A DNA stretch of 46,869 bases from a virus (lineage: Duplodnaviria; Caudoviricetes): positions 1-46,869 of the IMG/VR virus record IMGVR_UViG_3300028588_000034. One strand, given 5' to 3'. Made by a program: the position numbers and the translations under genes. Position 1 is the stretch's first letter; every line of letters starts with the position of its first letter. Below the pieces are notes generated by a model. That model was not told where the DNA came from, searched no databases, and worked only from the letters and a program-made list of their open reading frames with translations. Of the stretch, positions 35,443 through 44,849 are shown one piece after another.

Positions 35443-37139
35443 TAGAACGCTAGTCCTTGCGTGTTCGAGCGAACGGAGCCGAAGCCGCCCCCGTCATTTT
35501 CCGACTTATCGCGGAACTGGTAACGCGTGTCACGCTCGACGACCGTCAACGTCTCGGCGTGGCCCGCGCTGGCGCTCTCGAACGGGATATGTTCGTTCAA
35601 GGCGAGCTGATTGAGCGCGTCGGCGAACGCGTCGACCTGATCGTCGTGAGAGGCGCGCGGGAAACCGGTCAATTCGTCGAGGAACTCCGGAATCCAATCG
35701 TCGACCCCGGCCTCGTCTGGCGGCCCGTCGTTCACGAGATAAATATGACCGTACTCGGCCTGAATTGCCGCCGGGAGGGCGCGCTCCGTCTTGCTGCCCC
35801 TCGGCCGTTCCATGACGACCGGGAAGCCCGCAAGCGCCTTGACGTATGCCTCGGCCTGGAACTTGCCCGCCGCGGCTGGCTCGATCGGTAGGCGGACGAT
35901 CGTCCCGCGCTTGTCCGTCATCGCGGTTGAAACGACGAGCCGGAGAACTTCGCCAGGCGACAGACGATCGCGCTCGGGTCGGAACACGTAGAAATCCGCG
36001 CCGTGTCGAGCCATCGGCATTCCGACGGTCCAATCGGGATCGCCCTCGCTCTCGCCTTCCTCCGTTGCGCCGAAATCCCACGCTCGGACCCGGTCGCGGA
36101 TCTCGGGGGGAAGCGTGGCCTTGTCGACGATCTTGCCCGCGAACCATGCCCGCTTGAACAATCCGCCCTCGCGCGCGGTCGGCCGCTGCTGATACTGCCC
36201 GGCCCACGCATACGAGCCCTTGATCGTCTTGAGCCGCGCGACCTCTTTCGCCGGGAAGCGCTCGGGGAATAGGAGTTCGCCGTCCATCTTGCGCGGATCG
36301 CGGAACAGCTCAACCCCGTTGTCGTCGAACGTGACGCATCGGCCCGAAACCTGTTGCCCGTTGACCTCGCGCGTTAGCTCGAACTCCATCGGCAGGTTGA
36401 GGTGGCAATAGGGGTAGCCCTCGGCGATGATCGTCCCGGCGACGTCGCGCGCGTGAAGGCGCTGCATGATGATGATAATCGCGGATTTCGTGAGATCGTT
36501 GAGGCGATCCGGTATCGACTCCTTGAATAATTGAACCACGCCCTCGCGGACGTTGTCGCTCTCCGCCTTTTTTACCGAATGGGGATCGTCGATCAGGACG
36601 CGGTCGCCACGGCCGCCCGTCATGCTCTCGAACGCCTTGCCCTCACGGTTGCCCGTGTCGAGGTTCTCGAACTTCTCCTTGGCGTTGCTCGACGGGTCTA
36701 GCTTGACGTGCGGAAAGAGGAGCTTGAACTTGTCGCTCTCGACCAATCGCCGCATCTTCGCGTTGTCGCGCAACACGAGGCCGCGAGAGTAGCTCGACGT
36801 GAGATAGCGATAGCTCGAATCGTGGAGCGCCCATTCCCACGCGGGCCAGAACACGGCGACCATTAGGGATTTCATCATCCCCGGCGGGACGTTGATTAGG
36901 AGGTATTGAATCCGCCCCTCCGTCACGGCCTCAAGGTGCGTCGCGACGGCTTGGACGGCCCACCCGATTTTAAGCTCGGCCTTCGGTTCGAGGATGCTCC
37001 AGAACTCGCGGACGAACCCGGTCAAGGTGGAGCATCGCTCGCGGATCGCCTCGGCGTCGCGAGCGAGATCCTCGGCCTCCTTAGCCTTCCGGCGTCGTTC
37101 CTTCTCCGCCCTGATCTGCGCGCCCGTCGGGAACCGCAT
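35442..37139 (-). CDS. terL: Terminase large subunit
   Basis: INVPPGMMKS, LIDDPH, IIMQRLH, YQQRP, RAWDFG, HDDQVDA; start could be up to 37187. Confidence 0.93.
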   Translation of the reverse strand: MRFPTGAQIRAEKERRRKAKEAEDLARDAEAIRERCSTLTGFVREFWSILEPKAELKIGWAVQAVATHLEAVTEGRIQYLLINVPPGMMKSLMVAVFWPAWEWALHDSSYRYLTSSYSRGLVLRDNAKMRRLVESDKFKLLFPHVKLDPSSNAKEKFENLDTGNREGKAFESMTGGRGDRVLIDDPHSVKKAESDNVREGVVQLFKESIPDRLNDLTKSAIIIIMQRLHARDVAGTIIAEGYPYCHLNLPMEFELTREVNGQQVSGRCVTFDDNGVELFRDPRKMDGELLFPERFPAKEVARLKTIKGSYAWAGQYQQRPTAREGGLFKRAWFAGKIVDKATLPPEIRDRVRAWDFGATEEGESEGDPDWTVGMPMARHGADFYVFRPERDRLSPGEVLRLVVSTAMTDKRGTIVRLPIEPAAAGKFQAEAYVKALAGFPVVMERPRGSKTERALPAAIQAEYGHIYLVNDGPPDEAGVDDWIPEFLDELTGFPRASHDDQVDAFADALNQLALNEHIPFESASAGHAETLTVVERDTRYQFRDKSENDGGGFGSVRSNTQGLAF

Positions 37140-37701
37140 CGGCGCCGCGCCCGGTTGCCCGGTCCATGATTTCGCGAGCGCGCTCAAGTGTTTCTAGCTC
37201 CTGATCTGTTAGGTCCGCCAGCGCGGCGAGATCGACATGCTCGATAGGTCCGCCGGTCGGGCTGGACAAGCCGACGTTACGGCGGAACGCGCCCACCGCG
37301 ACATGCTCGCCGAGCGTCTTGAGGATATCGAGCCGCGTCTTGATCGTCTGTGTCGTCTTGGGGAGATACTCGGCGTCGGTGCGGAGGATCACGATATCGC
37401 GGAGAACGTCGTCGGCCGTGATGCGGAGTTTCTCGTTTCGGGCTTCGGTGAGGCGCTCAACCTCCGCCATGATATGCGGCCGGGCCATGACGTCGGAGCC
37501 GGCGCGCTGCGCGTTGCGGAGGTTGCCCTTGCCGTACCCCGCCAGCAATGCCGATTGCCCGATCACGCGATTGCCGACGCCCATGTAATGCAGGACGAAC
37601 AGGCGCTCCATGTCGGTGAACCCGGCCGCGTCCTTGTGCGCTCGGCCGCGTCGACTGCGCGCCTCCGCTGCTGTCTTTGGGGGCTCTTTCCGCTTCGTCA
37701 T
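37081..37701 (-). CDS. terS: Terminase small subunit
   Basis: FTDMERLFVLHY..ALLAGY..ITADDVL..LGEHV; overlaps the terL start. Confidence 0.85.
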   Translation of the reverse strand: MTKRKEPPKTAAEARSRRGRAHKDAAGFTDMERLFVLHYMGVGNRVIGQSALLAGYGKGNLRNAQRAGSDVMARPHIMAEVERLTEARNEKLRITADDVLRDIVILRTDAEYLPKTTQTIKTRLDILKTLGEHVAVGAFRRNVGLSSPTGGPIEHVDLAALADLTDQELETLERAREIMDRATGRGADAVPDGRADQGGEGTTPEG

Positions 37702-37874
37702 TCGTCGGGCTCCGGTCCGTGTCTCAAGGCTTCCTCAATCGCCGCAAGGGCGAACTCGGTCCATTGATTACCATAGGTTCCGGCGCGGACCGAATGCGCG
37801 GTGTTGGTCCACGCCGCCCCCTTCGCCGCGATGGCGTCGGAGAGGATGGCGCGGGCCTGGGCTTCGATTGTCAA
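37698..37874 (-). CDS. Hypothetical protein
   Basis: TTGA and ATGA coupling. Confidence 0.5.
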   Translation of the reverse strand: MTIEAQARAILSDAIAAKGAAWTNTAHSVRAGTYGNQWTEFALAAIEEALRHGPEPDE

Positions 37875-38068
37875 AACTCGCCCGCCTCTTTGCCGCAAAC
37901 GCTGCAAAGGATCGGCGCGTCCGTGCATGAACCGCAAGGCGGGCTGATATGACACGAGCAATTCTCGCTTTCGGCGAGATACATTTCGCCGTCGCAACGC
38001 ATTCCTGCCATATCGACGCGGTTGCATCGCTCGCCTTCCTCGGTGCCGATCTCTGCCTCAATCGACAT
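37871..38068 (-). CDS. Cys-rich small protein
   Basis: CSCHISPPCGSC..CSVCG; GGAGGG RBS. Confidence 0.7.
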   Translation of the reverse strand: MSIEAEIGTEEGERCNRVDMAGMRCDGEMYLAESENCSCHISPPCGSCTDAPILCSVCGKEAGEF

Positions 38069-38537
38069 AGTTCACGCCCTCCCCGCGGTGCGACTTCGGG
38101 ATCGAGTTGCGGCCGACGCTGGCGATCGGCTTGCGACGCTCCTCGAACGACGCCTTGGCGGCCTCGACCTCGGCGTCTGACGGGTTGAACAGCGCGAGAG
38201 CGTCGGCGCGAGCCTTCACGTCGGCAGGATGCTTGCCGGTGAAGGCGTGAGGCTGGACGTCGAACGGAGGCGCGCAAGTTTCGTGTCGAGCGGGTTGAGC
38301 GGTCCCGCAATGCTCGCACCGATAGGAGCAATGCGGATCGTCGACGATCACGCGATCCCCTCGGTTGCCCGCGATCGTCGGCGGGACTCGCTCAACGCTC
38401 GTGACGACGCCGTCGGTTGTGGTGACGTCGACGAATGACGCGCCGTAGAACAGGCGGTCGCGCGCCAAGTCGCGGGAAAGGTCGGACGGCATGACGCGGC
38501 GAGCTGCGGCGTCGGGGCGGAAACGGTCGGGTTTCAT
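38058..38537 (-). CDS. Hypothetical protein
   Basis: GGAG RBS, MKPDRF; CEHC..HETC. Confidence 0.6.
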   Translation of the reverse strand: MKPDRFRPDAAARRVMPSDLSRDLARDRLFYGASFVDVTTTDGVVTSVERVPPTIAGNRGDRVIVDDPHCSYRCEHCGTAQPARHETCAPPFDVQPHAFTGKHPADVKARADALALFNPSDAEVEAAKASFEERRKPIASVGRNSIPKSHRGEGVNYVD

Positions 38538-38551
38538 GGTCGTAACTCCGA

Positions 38552-38794
38552 TTAGTTGGGTTGACGGGCGGCGTTTAGAACTTCGTAGAAATACAGGGCC
38601 GCGGCGTCGGCCTGGGCGACGAATATCGACCACATTCCGGGTTGACCGGCCTCGGCCATCGCCTTTGCTTCCTGCCACGTCATGCCCGGCGGCGGGACGA
38701 GCCCGACCGCCTTTTGCATGATCCGAAACGCCAGCTCGTCGCGCGGGATCTCGATCGCGAGGATCGTCCGCTTTGCCTTATCGGCCGTCGTCAT
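38552..38794 (-). CDS. Hypothetical protein
   Basis: GAGG RBS, ATGA coupling. Confidence 0.65.
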   Translation of the reverse strand: MTTADKAKRTILAIEIPRDELAFRIMQKAVGLVPPPGMTWQEAKAMAEAGQPGMWSIFVAQADAAALYFYEVLNAARQPN

Positions 38795-38973
38795 ATTCCG
38801 TTCCTCTCGCTGCGGTATTCAAGCCCCTTGATCTTGTTCGTGATGCGGCGGAGTTCCTTGGTCCGCTCCTCACTGGCGGGGCGGGCTTGGACCTCTCGCC
38901 GTTGCGCGACCAGGTCGTCGCGGTTGAGCCGGGGAGCGACGCCGCCGGATGCGGGTTGCGCGCCGCCTCTCAC
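38791..38973 (-). CDS. Hypothetical basic protein
   Basis: GTGA coupling. Confidence 0.55.
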   Translation of the reverse strand: MRGGAQPASGGVAPRLNRDDLVAQRREVQARPASEERTKELRRITNKIKGLEYRSERNGI

Positions 38974-39494
38974 TTCGCGTTCCCTTCGTCATTCGCTGCC
39001 GCAACGGTGGCGAGGGCTTCGGTGGTGTCGCGCGACAGGATTGCCTTCAACCTAGTCGCGCATTCGAGCAATGCGCCGAGGTGCCAGCGCCAGACGAGCG
39101 CGGTCTGGTCGGGAACGCCTTTCTGTTGCTTGACGTATGCCTCGCGACAGGCCGCAACCGCCTGTTCGATACGGTCAACGCGATCGCCCTTCATCGGATC
39201 AGGCCCGATGTCAGGGAAGCCCACCTCCCCCGGCGCTGGCAGTGTCTGCGAGAGGGCGGCGAAGACATCGGAGGCAACGTGAGAAAGGGAAATCGCAGTG
39301 CGGAAGTGCTCGCGTTCGGCAGTGTGGTCAGCCTTGTAGCGCTCATCGTAGAGGTCACGCTCGGCTTTCGTCCCGTCAATAGCGGGGACAGCGGCGTTCA
39401 TGCGGTTACGCGCCTCGACGAATGCAGCATAGGCTACAGCCGCATCGCTCACCGTCTTTAGCAACTCGGGGCTCGGGTTGGGATTGGGGGTCAT
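38970..39494 (-). CDS. Hypothetical protein
   Basis: ATGA coupling at 39494. Confidence 0.6.
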   Translation of the reverse strand: MTPNPNPSPELLKTVSDAAVAYAAFVEARNRMNAAVPAIDGTKAERDLYDERYKADHTAEREHFRTAISLSHVASDVFAALSQTLPAPGEVGFPDIGPDPMKGDRVDRIEQAVAACREAYVKQQKGVPDQTALVWRWHLGALLECATRLKAILSRDTTEALATVAAANDEGNAK

Positions 39495-39649
39495 GCTTTC
39501 GGCTCCCAGATGGCGAACTTGCCGCAGCCGTCGCACTTCCGCTGTTTGTACGTTTTGGACATTTCAGCCGCCCACAGGTGCCAAGCGATGTAGCCTTCCG
39601 GCTGCTGGGCGTGGTCTTCGATGTTCGGACATGGCAGTGAACCACTCAT
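39491..39649 (-). CDS. Small Zn-finger-like protein
   Basis: CP..H..PEGYIAWHLWA..QRKCDGCGKFAIW. Confidence 0.65.
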   Translation of the reverse strand: MSGSLPCPNIEDHAQQPEGYIAWHLWAAEMSKTYKQRKCDGCGKFAIWEPKA

Positions 39650-40269
39650 GCCCCACCTCGGGCGTTGAGGGCGGCGCGGGTGTGCTCTGCCGATTGACGC
39701 ATCATCGCTCCCCAATCCTGCCAGCCGTTGTCGTCGGCTTCCTCCGCCATCCGGTCGAGCGCATCGGCGTCTTCCAACGCCAATCTGTTCGCCTCCTTCG
39801 ACCTCACTAGAACGGCGCGAATATCGGCACGCAGCGCGTTGAAATCAGTGCTCTGCCCATCGCGCCAAGTGAATGCTCCCCCGTCTGCAAACGCGGCAAG
39901 ACGTTTCGCCCCCTCCGCTTCTCGCGTCTGGGTGGCATCGGGAGTGGACAGGTAGGCGAGAGCCCGCGCCCAATACGGATCAAGCCACGCCGCGAAGTCT
40001 GCCGCCAGTTTATTGCGAAGCACGATCTCGCCGTCTTCATTGCAAAACGGCTCCCCCGCACCTTCGCCCGACTTGCAAGGAAGGAAGGCGGGTTCGGCGA
40101 GGTTGCGCGCGATCTCGATCAGCCGGTCGACGTCGTAACCGTCGAACCCCATCGCCGGGGTTGCCTTCGCATGAATGCGCGAGGCCAGGTCGATCAGAAA
40201 GCCCGGCGTCGTGTCGTCAACGGCTCTTGTCGGATCGCTAACGGTATTTGTATCGGTCCTGTCGGACAT
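39646..40269 (-). CDS. Hypothetical protein
   Basis: AAGGA RBS before MSDRTD. Confidence 0.6.
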   Translation of the reverse strand: MSDRTDTNTVSDPTRAVDDTTPGFLIDLASRIHAKATPAMGFDGYDVDRLIEIARNLAEPAFLPCKSGEGAGEPFCNEDGEIVLRNKLAADFAAWLDPYWARALAYLSTPDATQTREAEGAKRLAAFADGGAFTWRDGQSTDFNALRADIRAVLVRSKEANRLALEDADALDRMAEEADDNGWQDWGAMMRQSAEHTRAALNARGGA

Positions 40270-40349
40270 GGTCGGTTCCTTCGACTGTGTTGGGCCGGGT
40301 GACTGCGAATCATCCGGCCCGTTTTCGTTATCAGGTTTTCGGGCCGGCG

Positions 40350-40496
40350 CTAGTCCGCCCATTCTTTGACCGCCGCGACGATCAGTAGAATAATCGGGAG
40401 GAGCATGATCGGCGCCCACGGCGCTCCGTCTTGCCGGAAGATCGCGAAGGTCGCGAATACGATCAACGCGCCGAGGAGGTTGAGTACGCCTGTCAC
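40350..40496 (-). CDS. Small 2-TM membrane protein
   Basis: GTGA coupling; two hydrophobic helices. Confidence 0.55.
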   Translation of the reverse strand: MTGVLNLLGALIVFATFAIFRQDGAPWAPIMLLPIILLIVAAVKEWAD

Positions 40497-40657
40497 GACT
40501 TGGTTCGCTTGCACTCGGCGCAAAGCACATTCTCGCACTTCGCCCGAAGGTCGGCGCCGTCTTTGTACGTCACGACGACCGATCGTTGGCAACCGACGCA
40601 TTCGAGCGTGATCTTGTCGGGCGCTTGCCCTGTCCCTTGGCAATGCCCGCAAATCAC
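40493..40657 (-). CDS. Small Zn-finger protein
   Basis: CGHCQGTG..CVGC..CAEC; GTGA coupling. Confidence 0.6.
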   Translation of the reverse strand: MICGHCQGTGQAPDKITLECVGCQRSVVVTYKDGADLRAKCENVLCAECKRTKS

Positions 40658-41952
40658 TTCGCGGCCCTCCGCATCCCGAGCCGTTCGGCGACCATGTCGA
40701 CAAGGGCGGCTCTCGCATACCATGCCTCGCGGCTGATCGCGGACGGCTGGCGGTCGAATGATGCGGTTACGACCGCGACCGCCGCCTCTCTCGCCTCCTC
40801 CCCATAGAACCGCGGCGACGTCACGACCCGGCAACGCGGACGGACCGCGACCGACCAATCCCCGTTCGTGTGGTGCTGCACCTCGATATACTCCCCGTTC
40901 GGGGTCGCGTCGTGGATCGCCTGGACGAACTCGTCTCGGCTTCGGCGGATTGCGCGCTCGACCTCCATGTCGCCGGGGACGGTTTCGAGCGTCGCGTCGA
41001 TAATCTTGATCGTCGGCGCGAACCGCTCCTCCTTGGCGAGATAGTCGCGGATCTCGGTCAAACGCTCGCGGAACAGCGCGGCAATGTCCCGAGCCGTGTC
41101 CCGCTCGATCTCGACGGCGAGAATACGAGCTCGAGCCTCGTTGCGTTGCGTCGCATTCCCGAGCATCGCGTCCTCGGCTAGTCCGACCTGTCGTTCGAGA
41201 CGCGCGTTCTCGTTCGTGAGGTCGACGATCCGATCGCCTAACCGCATGATCTCGCCGTGTCGGAACTCAAGCCGGCCGATCAGCCGATCCCGTTCCGCCG
41301 TTGCCGCGTCACGCTCGGCGGCCATGCTCGACAGCGCGCCCGCATTGTCGACGATCGCTTGCCGGAATGACTTGGCACACCCCTCTGCCGCGTCGATCCG
41401 TTCGCCCTTGCGCTTGCAAGCCTGATCAAGCGCGTCCCGGTTCGTCGTCATATCCGCCAGTAGGCGGCGCAAACGCTCGCGCTCGGCGTCAACGATGACA
41501 AGCGAGCCCTCCGCGTCGGCGAGCTTGATCGTGAGGGCCGCGACGGTTCCGTCTAGCTCAACAATCCTGCGCGACCGGCGCCCGACCAATTCGACCGCGT
41601 CGTCGACATGACCGCTCCCTCCGCACGTCGGGCAATTCAGGCGGTCGAAACTCGCCATCGCCTCGGCTTCCGTGTCCGCGTGTCCCGCCAGCTTCACCGG
41701 CTCGAACCGCTCCCCGTTGACCTCGACAAACGCGGGCTGTCCGAGATCGGGATCGATCGTCACCGCCAACATCGAAACCATTGGGGCAACGACCACGCCG
41801 TCACCATGCCCGTTACCCCCGATTTTCCGGTCGCTGGGCGCGTTTACGGCATCCCCGGCCACCTCACTACCTTTGCACCACAAATCGCGCTCCACGGCCC
41901 GGTCTGCGGTTACGTCCGCATTATTCCCGGTCTTATTTGCTTCATCACTCAT
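40654..41952 (-). CDS. Coiled-coil hypothetical protein
   Basis: AGGAG RBS; CPTCGGSG followed by a long heptad region. Confidence 0.7.
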   Translation of the reverse strand: MSDEANKTGNNADVTADRAVERDLWCKGSEVAGDAVNAPSDRKIGGNGHGDGVVVAPMVSMLAVTIDPDLGQPAFVEVNGERFEPVKLAGHADTEAEAMASFDRLNCPTCGGSGHVDDAVELVGRRSRRIVELDGTVAALTIKLADAEGSLVIVDAERERLRRLLADMTTNRDALDQACKRKGERIDAAEGCAKSFRQAIVDNAGALSSMAAERDAATAERDRLIGRLEFRHGEIMRLGDRIVDLTNENARLERQVGLAEDAMLGNATQRNEARARILAVEIERDTARDIAALFRERLTEIRDYLAKEERFAPTIKIIDATLETVPGDMEVERAIRRSRDEFVQAIHDATPNGEYIEVQHHTNGDWSVAVRPRCRVVTSPRFYGEEAREAAVAVVTASFDRQPSAISREAWYARAALVDMVAERLGMRRAAK

Positions 41953-41980
41953 GGTCGTAGCTCCTGATTGGTTAAGTCGA

Positions 41981-42334
41981 TCAATGCTTATCGAGGTGTC
42001 GAAACTTGGCCCTCCTTCCGTGAACCGTGCGGTCCGAGCATCCGAGCTTGCGGGCTATGCGAGCCGCGCTCCAGCCACGTTTCGTAAGGCTGGCGATGCG
42101 TCGATCGTCGACCGGTTCCTGTCCGGTTCTGCGGTCGTTTTCCGGCCTGGGGACGTACAACCGCGTTCCCCCGAAATGGAACACGAGCGAGCCGAACAAA
42201 TCATCCCCGAGACGGTCCCGAAGCTTGCCCGAGTGATCGTCGATCGAGTTGGGGACGAACACGCGAGTTCCGCCGACACGGGTCGAGAGGAGGTCGGCGC
42301 GGTCCTTGCCGAGGCGATCGACGATCAGGCTCAT
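41981..42334 (-). CDS. Mor/C-family late transcription activator
   Basis: GGTRVFVP..FGGTRLYVP..GWSAARIARKLGCSDRTV HTH. Confidence 0.8.
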   Translation of the reverse strand: MSLIVDRLGKDRADLLSTRVGGTRVFVPNSIDDHSGKLRDRLGDDLFGSLVFHFGGTRLYVPRPENDRRTGQEPVDDRRIASLTKRGWSAARIARKLGCSDRTVHGRRAKFRHLDKH

Positions 42335-42960
42335 TGCGAAGCGAGGTCCGCGTAAGGCTTGACCGGTCCGTGATACTTGGCTCGCGAGACGAACGAACCG
42401 TCCGACAAACGCCGGATCGGACCGCGCTCCGTTGCGATGCGGAGCCATTGCTCCGGTACGTCGCCCACGTCCTGCCCGGCCGCGACGTTGGCGAGCCATG
42501 CGTCGAACTGGTTCTGTGTGAAGTCCGAGCAAAGCGCAAGGGCGGTGTCGCGGTCCGACGTTGGGGCTCGATAGGTCTTGACGAGGTCGAGGCATTCCTT
42601 GGGGGTCGGGAACCACTTGAGCGTGCGACACGCCTCCCGGCTCATGTGCTGGAGCGCTGCGTTCGGGAAATGACCGAGGAGCGAGACGTAAACCGCGAAC
42701 CGGCGCTTTCCGCTCTCGTCGTCGATCGTCTGCGACGGGAGCGTGTCGCTCAAAAACTCAAGGTGAGTCTCGATCTGATCCCGTGACGCCGCGATCGGCG
42801 GACGGATCGGCTCGGCATCGGCCCATGCCTTGAGCGCTCGGCACTCCTCAAGCGTCGTCGGTGGCGCCAGCCTCACGGAGGGCGCGAGCCTCACGGATTG
42901 CGTTCGTGAACCCGTTTCTCGACCGAGTAGGCGTTGCGCCGTTGCCCCGAACTTTTCCAT
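42331..42960 (-). CDS. Putative helicase loader/inhibitor-like partner of the initiator
   Basis: YVSLLGHFP..ACRTLKWFPTPKECL; follows the O-like gene; start uncertain. Confidence 0.55.
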   Translation of the reverse strand: MEKFGATAQRLLGRETGSRTQSVRLAPSVRLAPPTTLEECRALKAWADAEPIRPPIAASRDQIETHLEFLSDTLPSQTIDDESGKRRFAVYVSLLGHFPNAALQHMSREACRTLKWFPTPKECLDLVKTYRAPTSDRDTALALCSDFTQNQFDAWLANVAAGQDVGDVPEQWLRIATERGPIRRLSDGSFVSRAKYHGPVKPYADLASQ

Positions 42961-43708
42961 TTGCCTGTGCATCCTTCCGTGCGGCTATGTCCGCGATCAT
43001 TGGTGAGAACCGATTGAGACTGTGGCGCTCCTCGGGCTGGTCGAGGACCCGTTGTTCGATTGCCTGGAGCAATTCGGCTTCGGTCAATCCCGTGGCGAGC
43101 CATCCCCGAACGATATCCTGTTGCGCCGCGAGCTTCGCGTGTCGGCTAGGCGGAGCGGATACCCCGCCAGCTCGGAGTATTTTGGCCGTGACCTGTTCGA
43201 CGTGTCCGAACGGATCGGACTTCGCAATTTCGCCCGCGCCTTCAACATCATCTTCTAACGTTGGTTCTGGTTCAGGTTCAGGTTCAGGTTCTGCGTCGGG
43301 AGTCCCGGCCGTTTTTGGACTTGACCCGTCGCCACTCCCGGCGGGACTCCTGTCGCCACTCCCGCCGGGAGTGTTGGTTTTCGCCGCGCCGCGCTTTCCG
43401 CCCTGCGATTTCTTCTCCCAAAGCGAGAACGCCTTTTGAGCCTCCGAAATCGCGCGTTCGTTGCATAGCGAACCGTCTGCGCCGCGGACGAGTTTCCCGG
43501 CCTCGACTAGGTCCTCGACGAGGTCCCGCCAGTTATGGATATCGCCGAGCATGAGAGGCAATTCGGCGACGGGACACGGGCGATTCTGATCCCAAATGTA
43601 GCAACACACGTCGAAGTAAATCGACTTGTGCGTCCGCGTCATTCGAGCGGTGCCAGCGAGCCAATCGGACGGGTAAAAGCCGACGTATGAGTGACGGTTT
43701 ACAGCCAT
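42848..43708 (-). CDS. Replication initiator (DUF1376/YdaU-like, lambda O position)
   Basis: FYPSDWLAGTARMT..YFDVCCYIW..NER..SQGGKRGA; (EP)n linker. Confidence 0.8.
   Translation of the reverse strand: MAVNRHSYVGFYPSDWLAGTARMTRTHKSIYFDVCCYIWDQNRPCPVAELPLMLGDIHNWRDLVEDLVEAGKLVRGADGSLCNERAISEAQKAFSLWEKKSQGGKRGAAKTNTPGGSGDRSPAGSGDGSSPKTAGTPDAEPEPEPEPEPTLEDDVEGAGEIAKSDPFGHVEQVTAKILRAGGVSAPPSRHAKLAAQQDIVRGWLATGLTEAELLQAIEQRVLDQPEERHSLNRFSPMIADIAARKDAQANGKVRGNGATPTRSRNGFTNAIREARALREAGATDDA
43263..43375. repeat. (GGTTCW)x5 and two 24-bp tandem units inside the initiator gene (candidate ori)
   Basis: GTCGCCACTCCCG at 43328 and 43352. Confidence 0.5.
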
Positions 43709-43848
43709 CGGGAATTGCGCCCACGAGTGAGGGCGGGTAAACGCGTCATGTCGTCGGCACTCCTCGCCGGTGATCTGGGCGGGACGGCGTTGGAAGCGTC
43801 GCCCGCCCGCCCTTCATCCTCCCGAACGTAAAATATGGCAAGCGTCAT
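43699..43848 (-). CDS. Small hypothetical protein
   Basis: ATGA coupling with the PAPS-reductase-like stop. Confidence 0.35.
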   Translation of the reverse strand: MTLAIFYVREDEGRAGDASNAVPPRSPARSADDMTRLPALTRGRNSRWL

Positions 43849-44849
43849 AGTCCGCATATCCCTTGGCATTCGTTCCGAAGCCCTTCGGCTGTCCACAACA
43901 TCGGCGGCCGATTGAAATCGACCTCGTCGAGTGGGATGCGGGCGGAGTGCAAATATAGCTTGGTTGTCGTGCCGCGAATCCCGTCTCGGATGGCGTGATC
44001 GAACTCGACGGCTTGGGCGAACTCCTCCGGTGAGTTGTCGCGAAGCTCGCGCCAAAGCTCGTCCGATTGGAACGGACAAAAGAAACAACGGCTTTTCGGC
44101 GCGACAATTCCTCGACGGCGTAGGAACTCGATACAGTCGCCGCGTGACATGCCTTGCGGATAACCGGGAATCGGTTCGCAAAGGGGGTGCCTGTGGTGTA
44201 TCCACCGCTGTTGAGACGTCGTCAGGCGTTCGAGTTCGTCCGTTGTCAGGCCGATCGAAAGCTCGACAATCGGCGACAGTGGCCCGGCCTCGCCTTTTGC
44301 GAGCCCGACCAAGTCTCGAACGCGAGCCGTGATAGGCTCGATCTTATATTCCTTGGTGCATCCGCGCCGAAGCATCCCGAAGGTTTCCCGCTCGGTCTTG
44401 CGCTCGACGATAATCTCGACCTCCTCCTCCGCCATATCGAACAAGGGGAGCGCGCCAAGCACGACCCGCTTTTCGACAGTGACAGGCCCCCGCGTGAAAA
44501 ACGGGGGATTAGCTACTCGTAATGCGGTCCGCCAAAGGTGGCGCGGTGTTGCGGCGCCGCCGAGATCCCGCCAAGAGTCGGAACTCGCAACCACGTCGGC
44601 GCGAAGATCGCCAGCCGATACCGTGACGATTGGGAAGGGAAGTGCGACGTTCGGCGACTGCAAAAACCGCAAATGTTCGTAAACCGCGAGCGGCTCGGCA
44701 AATAGGTCGGAAAAAATCATTTCGTCGAACGGCTCGATCAGGCCCTCCGCCGACAGGAGAGCCATCGTCGTTGACTGCACGCCAGCGCCCATAGAGCCGA
44801 CGCGCACGGCCGGGGAGGCAAGGGGCCATGAAACCGGGGAGCGCTTCAT
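43845..44849 (-). CDS. PAPS-reductase-like (PP-loop, Cys-rich) phage protein
   Basis: SMGAGVQSTTM, CTKEYKIEPI, KSRCFFCPF, ECQGICG. Confidence 0.8.
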   Translation of the reverse strand: MKRSPVSWPLASPAVRVGSMGAGVQSTTMALLSAEGLIEPFDEMIFSDLFAEPLAVYEHLRFLQSPNVALPFPIVTVSAGDLRADVVASSDSWRDLGGAATPRHLWRTALRVANPPFFTRGPVTVEKRVVLGALPLFDMAEEEVEIIVERKTERETFGMLRRGCTKEYKIEPITARVRDLVGLAKGEAGPLSPIVELSIGLTTDELERLTTSQQRWIHHRHPLCEPIPGYPQGMSRGDCIEFLRRRGIVAPKSRCFFCPFQSDELWRELRDNSPEEFAQAVEFDHAIRDGIRGTTTKLYLHSARIPLDEVDFNRPPMLWTAEGLRNECQGICGL

